Below, one piece after another: positions 37,064 to 42,984 of a DNA stretch of 42,984 nucleotides. Origin of the DNA: Octopus bimaculoides (lineage: Eukaryota). The notes under the pieces were generated by a model. The model saw only the letters and a program-made list of their open reading frames with translations. It was not told where the DNA came from and made no database searches. The translations under genes were made by a program, and so were the position numbers. The stretch is from the NCBI RefSeq assembly GCF_001194135.2, contig NC_068984.1:72817449-72860432 (forward strand), given 5' to 3'. Positions within the stretch are counted from its first letter, which is position 1. The number at the start of each line of letters is the position of its first letter.

Positions 37064-37159
37064 AACACTCACGTCCACACCCAAACTCACATATAATGTC
37101 CTAGAAAGAGAAGGTGATTAAATAACAAAATGTATAGGAGGCAAATTAAATTGCAATTA

Positions 37160-37178
37160 TATATCTATGCACAAGTCA

Positions 37179-37267
<89 letters not shown>

Positions 37268-37350
37268 ACACACACACACAAACACGCACACAAACACTCG
37301 CACAAACACACACACAAACACACACACAAACACACGCACACACACATAGA
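37160..37350. repeat. (CA)n plus (CACAAA)-variant microsatellite
   Basis: Read directly. Confidence 0.97.
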
Positions 37351-37786
37351 ATATGAGGGGTTTAGTTTACTGGTGAATTAAACGAATAGGTACGCTGATA
37401 AAGCACACAATTGGCCATCCGTTAGGTTCTAAGTTCACATCTGATACTGGAGATAGGGATCCGTATTAGGCTACCCTGACTGAAACCCAAATACTCTGAT
37501 ATGCTCGCATTGGAGCTGCCGGGCGCAAATGCCAAGCAGTATAGCATGTCGTTTTCAAATTTCTGACAGTCAATTACGTCATGGTACTGTTTTTCTCATA
37601 TACAGTGCCCAACTGACCCTACTATGCTGTGTAGTCGACACAATCAAAACAAACAATGCGCATGCGCGAAATAAAAAGTATAAAATGACCACAATTTACC
37701 CATCTCACCCTGTATGCAGGTATATTTATATACACACATGTAGGTGTTTGTGTGAGTGTGTGTGTGTGTGTGTGCATGTATATATA

Positions 37787-37850
<64 letters not shown>

Positions 37851-37855
<5 letters not shown>

Positions 37856-37917
37856 TGCATACATATGAGAAGGGATGACCACTAAGTGGACATCCCTTCT
37901 CATATGTATGTAATATA
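37851..37917. repeat. Near-perfect inverted repeat / hairpin
   Basis: 37858-37877 pairs perfectly (20 bp) with 37891-37910. Then one A.A mismatch and CCACT/AGTGG inside, plus 7 more pairs (one G.T) outside. Confidence 0.92.
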
Positions 37918-38080
37918 ATTTTTCTGAATTTTCTGAATTTTCTTTATGCTAGGCCACTGGTTATAAATTGGTGTTAATTAATTAAATTAAAATCCAATTT
38001 ATCACCCATTTATCTAAATTTTATACATACGCACACACACACACGCACACACACACACATATATATATATNNNNNNNNNN

Positions 38081-38114
<34 letters not shown>

Positions 38115-38494
38115 AAAATTAGTAAGATCTTTAATCTATTAATCTCTCTAGCCGACACTACCACGTTCCTTGTACTATTTTAAACGGGCTTAGTCAGACG
38201 CAGGCTACAACTGAAAAGAGCAAATAATATGAAGAACGTAAGTAAAAATGAGAAAACTCTTCCGTATATATTTCTCAAAATATTACATATAACGTCTAAA
38301 ATTATTTCTCGAATCGTAGATTCTCTAGATGTTAGTAGAAGGTTGGTCTCCCGGTGGATTATTACTCTCCTATACGAGATGTGTGAAAGGCTATTGACTA
38401 TAAATGAGAACATTGAATCCCGAGAACATTTCAGCAACAAAATGTCCGATTGTACTCGAACTTGTTAAATATAACTAATTCATACGGATATATT

Positions 38495-39270
38495 TAATTC
38501 AACGCTGCATCGTGCATGCTGTGCATGCGCGCTAAATTTTAACTTTGTAGCTCACTTCTGTTTACAGCAGTGCTTGGAAAGCAAGTGTGTAGCATGTGAT
38601 CCTCGCATTGACCACGACAGAGAAAGTTGAGCAGAAAATCTGCATCGAATTTTGCCATATGCTTGGAGATAGCTGCGGAGAGGCCTACGCAAAAGTTTCA
38701 AAAAATTGTCATCGTTCTCCACATAATCAAGGAGATCTTGTTTAACTAAAACCTGATTGTCTTCTTGTTCAGCTGAAAGCAGTTTGGGTACAAACTTGGC
38801 AGAAACGCGTTTCATACCCAAACCTTCAGTTATAATGAACCGTAACACATCTTCTGATAACTGGAGGATAGTGATTCAACGATTTCCCTTCACAGATGCA
38901 TGCCCATCTGCAATGTTTTTCTCGGTTCTGCAGATTGCAAGTCTTATAGGATGTCCGTCAATATCGACATTTTTCGGCCATCTCGGATACGTTTGAACCG
39001 CTCGTACATTTGTGTGTGACTCATACACTCTTCTCCATACAGTTTCTGCAAATTTGTGTAGGCCTCTGAGCAGGTATCGTCATGACAACGTTTTCTGTGA
39101 TGATCAATGCGACGATCACACGCTACACGCTTGTTCCAAGCACTTCCGTAAACAGCGGAAGTTAGCTAGAATGTTAAAACTTAGTGCACATGCACATGCA
39201 CAACAGAGTTGAAGGTCAATTTTTGCCAAGCGGCTTCACTTTGCATGCTTTAAATTCGTTACTATAGCAA
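38495..39270 (-). mobile_element. Mariner transposon relic: N-terminal HTH region on the minus strand, fused to an inverted copy of the 5' end
   Basis: Minus strand: DTCSEAYTNLQKLYGEECMSHTQMYERFKR and LGMKRVSAKFVPKLLSAEQ...NDDNFLK. Plus strand 38495-38700: EKVEQKICIEFCHMLGDSCGEAYAK. Confidence 0.88.
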
Positions 39271-39597
39271 CAGTGGGGATAGTTATTGATCATACCACGT
39301 ATGTATACATACACACACACTCAGACGCGCGCACGCACACATATATGTATATATGTATGTATGCTTATATATATATATATNNNNNNNNNNNNNNNNNNNN
39401 NNNNNNNNNNNNNNNNNNNNNNNNNNNNNNNNNNNNNNNNNNNNNNNNNNNNNNNNNNNNNNNNNNNNNNNNNNNNNNNNNNNNNNNNNNNNNNNNNNNN
39501 NNNNNNNNNNNNNNNNNNNNNNNNNNNNNNNNNNNNNNNNNNNNNNNNNNNNNNNNNNNNNNNNNNNNNNNNNNNNNNNNNNNNNNATATACACACA

Positions 39598-39880
39598 CGT
39601 ATTTATCAAATATGTGTGTATGTCAAGGATGTAATGAAGATTACATAGGTCAAACAAAGCTTACTCTTAGAAATAGATTGACTATTCACCGTCAACAAAT
39701 AAGATACCCAAGTACTAGGCAGATTCTACTGAGTGGACACAGACATATGTGCAAAAATTAAGTCACCTAAATTCCAAGTCTTCCTACCCTACCTATATTC
39801 AGTGTATACCACAGATGAAGCGCAGATAAACAATGAAAATACTTTCATACAAAAGTAAAAACCAAGATTTTACAAATTTT
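39598..39880 (+). mobile_element. Penelope-like element GIY-YIG endonuclease fragment
   Basis: Reads CQGCNEDYIGQTKLTLRNRLTIHRQQIRYPSTRQILLSGH...KYFIQK*KP, the YIGQT...R..EH pattern of PLE GIY-YIG domains. Confidence 0.85.
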
Positions 39881-40489
39881 AACAGAGTATTTACACAAAT
39901 GACTATTCACAAACAAAACTTATTCTGCCACTTAAAATGAAGAACAATCTACACTACAGGTAACAATCTACACTTTAGCCACTGGACTACATACAAACAA
40001 CTTCTGTCTACTCTCCCACCAGAGAGATTAAATTTGGAGTGCCTTGATTGTAACTAAACACGTTCACTCAACCGTGTGGCCTTCATTTTAGGCACAACAT
40101 ATACTAAATATACTGTCACGTAATTCTAACGCACGGACGTAGCGAGAAATGTACAGAAAGTTCTAAACTAAAACATTCAGAGCTTTGATTGTTTGGAGAT
40201 GCTCAGTCAAACGAATCAGCCTGAACTTACAACGACAAACGTTATCACTTGATACTAACACTGACATATCACGGGAAACTACTAAAATTTCTAAAACCAG
40301 ACATGTGACTGTCCTATTCAAAACGTATACTAATTTGAGTCATGAATTCCATATCAAAATAGGGCAAGCTTCAAACAGTAGTCAGATGCAAGGCAGCTAC
40401 AACATGAGCCACATCTTTCTATTTGAACTTTTTGAAATTTATTGTAAACATTTTCCTATATATATAGAAGGAGACTATGAGCATGTCTA

Positions 40490-40810
40490 GCAAACCTTAG
40501 TCTACTCTGTGTTATTTTTGAGCTAACTATTGGACTATTGGGAGGCTCTCGTATAGCTCTGAATTCTGAATCCTAAGTATATACTGATTAATGTTCAGAG
40601 CCATCCACCGTATTCTCATGTAGCACTCATCAGCGATCTGAGTGAGTTTCTTGTTTAGTGTGTACGTCTCAGACCCGTCAACAGCACAGTCGTCACTGCA
40701 GCAACGAAAAAACGGATCTTCACGTCTTTACAAAGGTCCGACTTCCATACATATCTAAACCTATGGCATGCCACCCAGGTTTTGCTCTTCCTCTCAACTA
40801 TATCACCCTC
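40490..40810 (-). mobile_element. RTE-clade LINE fragment, RT C-terminal region
   Basis: Reads TEGDIVERKSKTWVACHRFRYVWKSDLCKDVKIRFFVAAVTTVLL, then GSETYTLNKKLTQIADECYMRIRWMALNI...NSELY. Confidence 0.82.
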
Positions 40811-40987
40811 TGTGTTCCTTATATATATATATATATATACACACACACATATATATNNNNNNNNNNNNNNNNNNNNNNNNNNNNNNNNNNNNNNNNNNNN
40901 NNNNNNNNNNNNNNNNNNNNNNNNNNNNNNNNNNNNNNNNNNNNNNNNNNNNNNNNNNNNNNNNNNNNNNNNNNNNNNNNNNNNNNN

Positions 40988-41033
<46 letters not shown>

Positions 41034-41384
41034 TGTATATAAGGTGGAATATAGTCAATAGTCATGCATATTTAATACAGTAAGCTCAAGAAGCTTAAAA
41101 ACGTGAATAACCGATGTTAGTCTCTTAATTTGTAGACAAAACGTTTTCAAGAAGTTTCAGGTTTCCAATGCAAAAGAACAACATTAAGCTAATAATGAAG
41201 AAATCAGGTGACTAAATTTGTGAAAGCAATGCAATGGCAGTGTCATGATATAATTATTTTACCAGAGTGAACGAAGATTTTGTATCAACATTTTAGCATT
41301 TTCGCGTATTTTCAAAGAACTCAACAAACCATGTTCATCTAAACCGATATTAAAGTATTTGACTAGTCAAAATGGGTTACTTAC

Positions 41385-41457
41385 GAAATGCCTGAGTAAC
41401 TGTTCCCTGGCAAACATTTTCTTGTGCTGAAAACATATTTTGGATGTTCCGCTACAT
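41385..41457 (-). other. Candidate exon (73 nt)
   Basis: Long polypyrimidine acceptor ttactttttttttactttcacatcacttcag and donor TC|gtaagt. Two frames are open (VAEHPKYVFSTRKCLPGNSYSGI or CSGTSKICFQHKKMFAREQLLRHF). Confidence 0.45.
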
Positions 41458-41684
41458 CTGAAGTGATGTGAAAGTAAAAAAAAGTAATAAGGTTTTATGG
41501 ATATATATCGGAGTAAAAGAAAGAGGAAGAAACACGTGAAATTAAGAGATGCATTCGTAGCGGAAAGGAGAGGCATTATAAATTTATATGTGCATCAGAA
41601 GTTAAGTATGAAACCATTGAAGAACTACGTTTACCACAGAGACGTATAAAATCGAAAATGAGAGTGGGTTATTTGATTAGTGGG

Positions 41685-41810
<126 letters not shown>

Positions 41811-42406
41811 AGGGGATGAAGAGAGTTAGACGGGAAAGGTTATGCATTGGAAAAAACGGAGAAAGATAGGCACACTTTATCGGTGAAGGAAACAAAGATA
41901 ATTAAACCGAATGAAAAAGAATGAATATTCGTATAAGTACAGGTATCTATACGTAGATTTTCCCCTAAAATACATTTTTATGTGCACAAATACACACACG
42001 CATGGAAGTATATACACGCGTAAGCGCAAAGAAAGTTGGAATGCAAATATGCTTTGTACGAAAATAATACAAACACTCTATATGTATCGGGTGTTTTCTT
42101 TCGAAATTAATATTTTAATCGTATTATATATACCTATATATATAGCACCCATCCATTGGCATGCGTATGTATGCGTGTGTATATGTTAGCATATGTATGT
42201 GTGTCTTTGTACGTGCGTGTGTATGTCGGTGTGCGTGTGTGCTTGTGTATACATAAATAAACGTGAGGCTTTGTGTGTATTTCTAAAATTCTAGTTGCCC
42301 AATTTGAAAAAACTCAGATCCAAAAGAGTCGAAAGAGGTGGTTTTAAAGTCGGAGGTTGTGCCAAGTCGAAAAAGCAACTACTACTACTACTACTACTAC
42401 TATATA

Positions 42407-42793
42407 GCGTGGCTGTACGGTTAAAGACTTACTTTCCAGTCTCATGGTTCCGTGTTCAGTACCACTGTCTGGTAACTTTGGCCCGTGTTTTCAATCATAG
42501 ACTTTGACCGACCAAAGCCTTGTGAGTGAATATAGTTGATGAAAACTGAAAGAAGACCTTCGTATATACTCTTAGGTATTTGTGCCCGTATTTGTCCTGG
42601 CAACCGCTCGGTATCCAGTGTTGGTGTGCTTACGTTCCGGCATCCCGGCGGTTCAGCAAAGGGGTGTTAGAATAAATAGCAGGCTTAAACAAAAAGTACT
42701 AGGGTCGACTAAAATTCATCAAGGTGTTGCCCCAGAGTGGCCGCAGTCATGCTGGGGCCATGCTGGAGTGAAAGAAGGAAAAGATAAAAGATA
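42407..42793 (+). mobile_element. Full-length composite SINE with an unexpanded internal spacer
   Basis: gcgtggctgtacggttaaag...catggttccgtgttcagt head, aaaagtactagggtcgac internal block, ggtgttgccccagagtggccgcagtca...aagataaaagata tail. Confidence 0.85.
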
Positions 42794-42946
42794 TCATATG
42801 AATACAAATATAAAAAAATTAGCTATGAATAATGGGTCATATTCGTATGTTGTAATAAATTGGAATTACATGTGTTGTCATTATAGGTTCGTTCGTTGAT
42901 TGGTCTACTCAATAATCGGCCCCTTTGTCGGCAGAGAGAAACAGAG

Positions 42947-42984
<38 letters not shown>

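Noticed and set aside
37385-37520. GC-richer structured segment with brief similarity to U2 snRNA (gttct..agtt..atctgatac)
   Set aside because: The match is under 25 nt with gaps; no branch-point-pairing region or Sm site. More likely a retroelement 5' UTR remnant; a ribozyme fold could not be shown.

Overview
AT-rich, very microsatellite-dense metazoan genomic DNA with eight N gaps, each flanked by (TA)n-type repeats on at least one side. The SINE families and repeat make-up point to a cephalopod, most likely Octopus (inference from remembered family consensus, not database-verified). No intact protein-coding gene, rRNA, tRNA or CRISPR array could be supported. Nearly all ORF-track entries are microsatellite or gap artefacts. 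Most of what can be identified is decayed mobile DNA: tRNA-derived SINEs (CORE-like and Nin/Deu-like), two RTE LINE fragments, two R4/Dong-type fragments, one HERO-type element, a CR1/L2-group endonuclease fragment plus two LINE 3' ends, a Penelope GIY-YIG fragment, a DD37D (maT) relic, a fold-back mariner and a TTAA MITE. The unexplained signal is a run of minus-strand splice-site pairs (about 41.5 kb down to 15.4 kb) that do not join into one ORF. Along the same strand lie two Thr-rich mucin-like tracts and a C-type-lectin-like pseudo-exon, suggesting a decayed gene or a spliced lncRNA/small-ORF locus. A 67-nt near-perfect hairpin and a plus-strand two-exon candidate are also worth checking. 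No novel system can be asserted from sequence alone.
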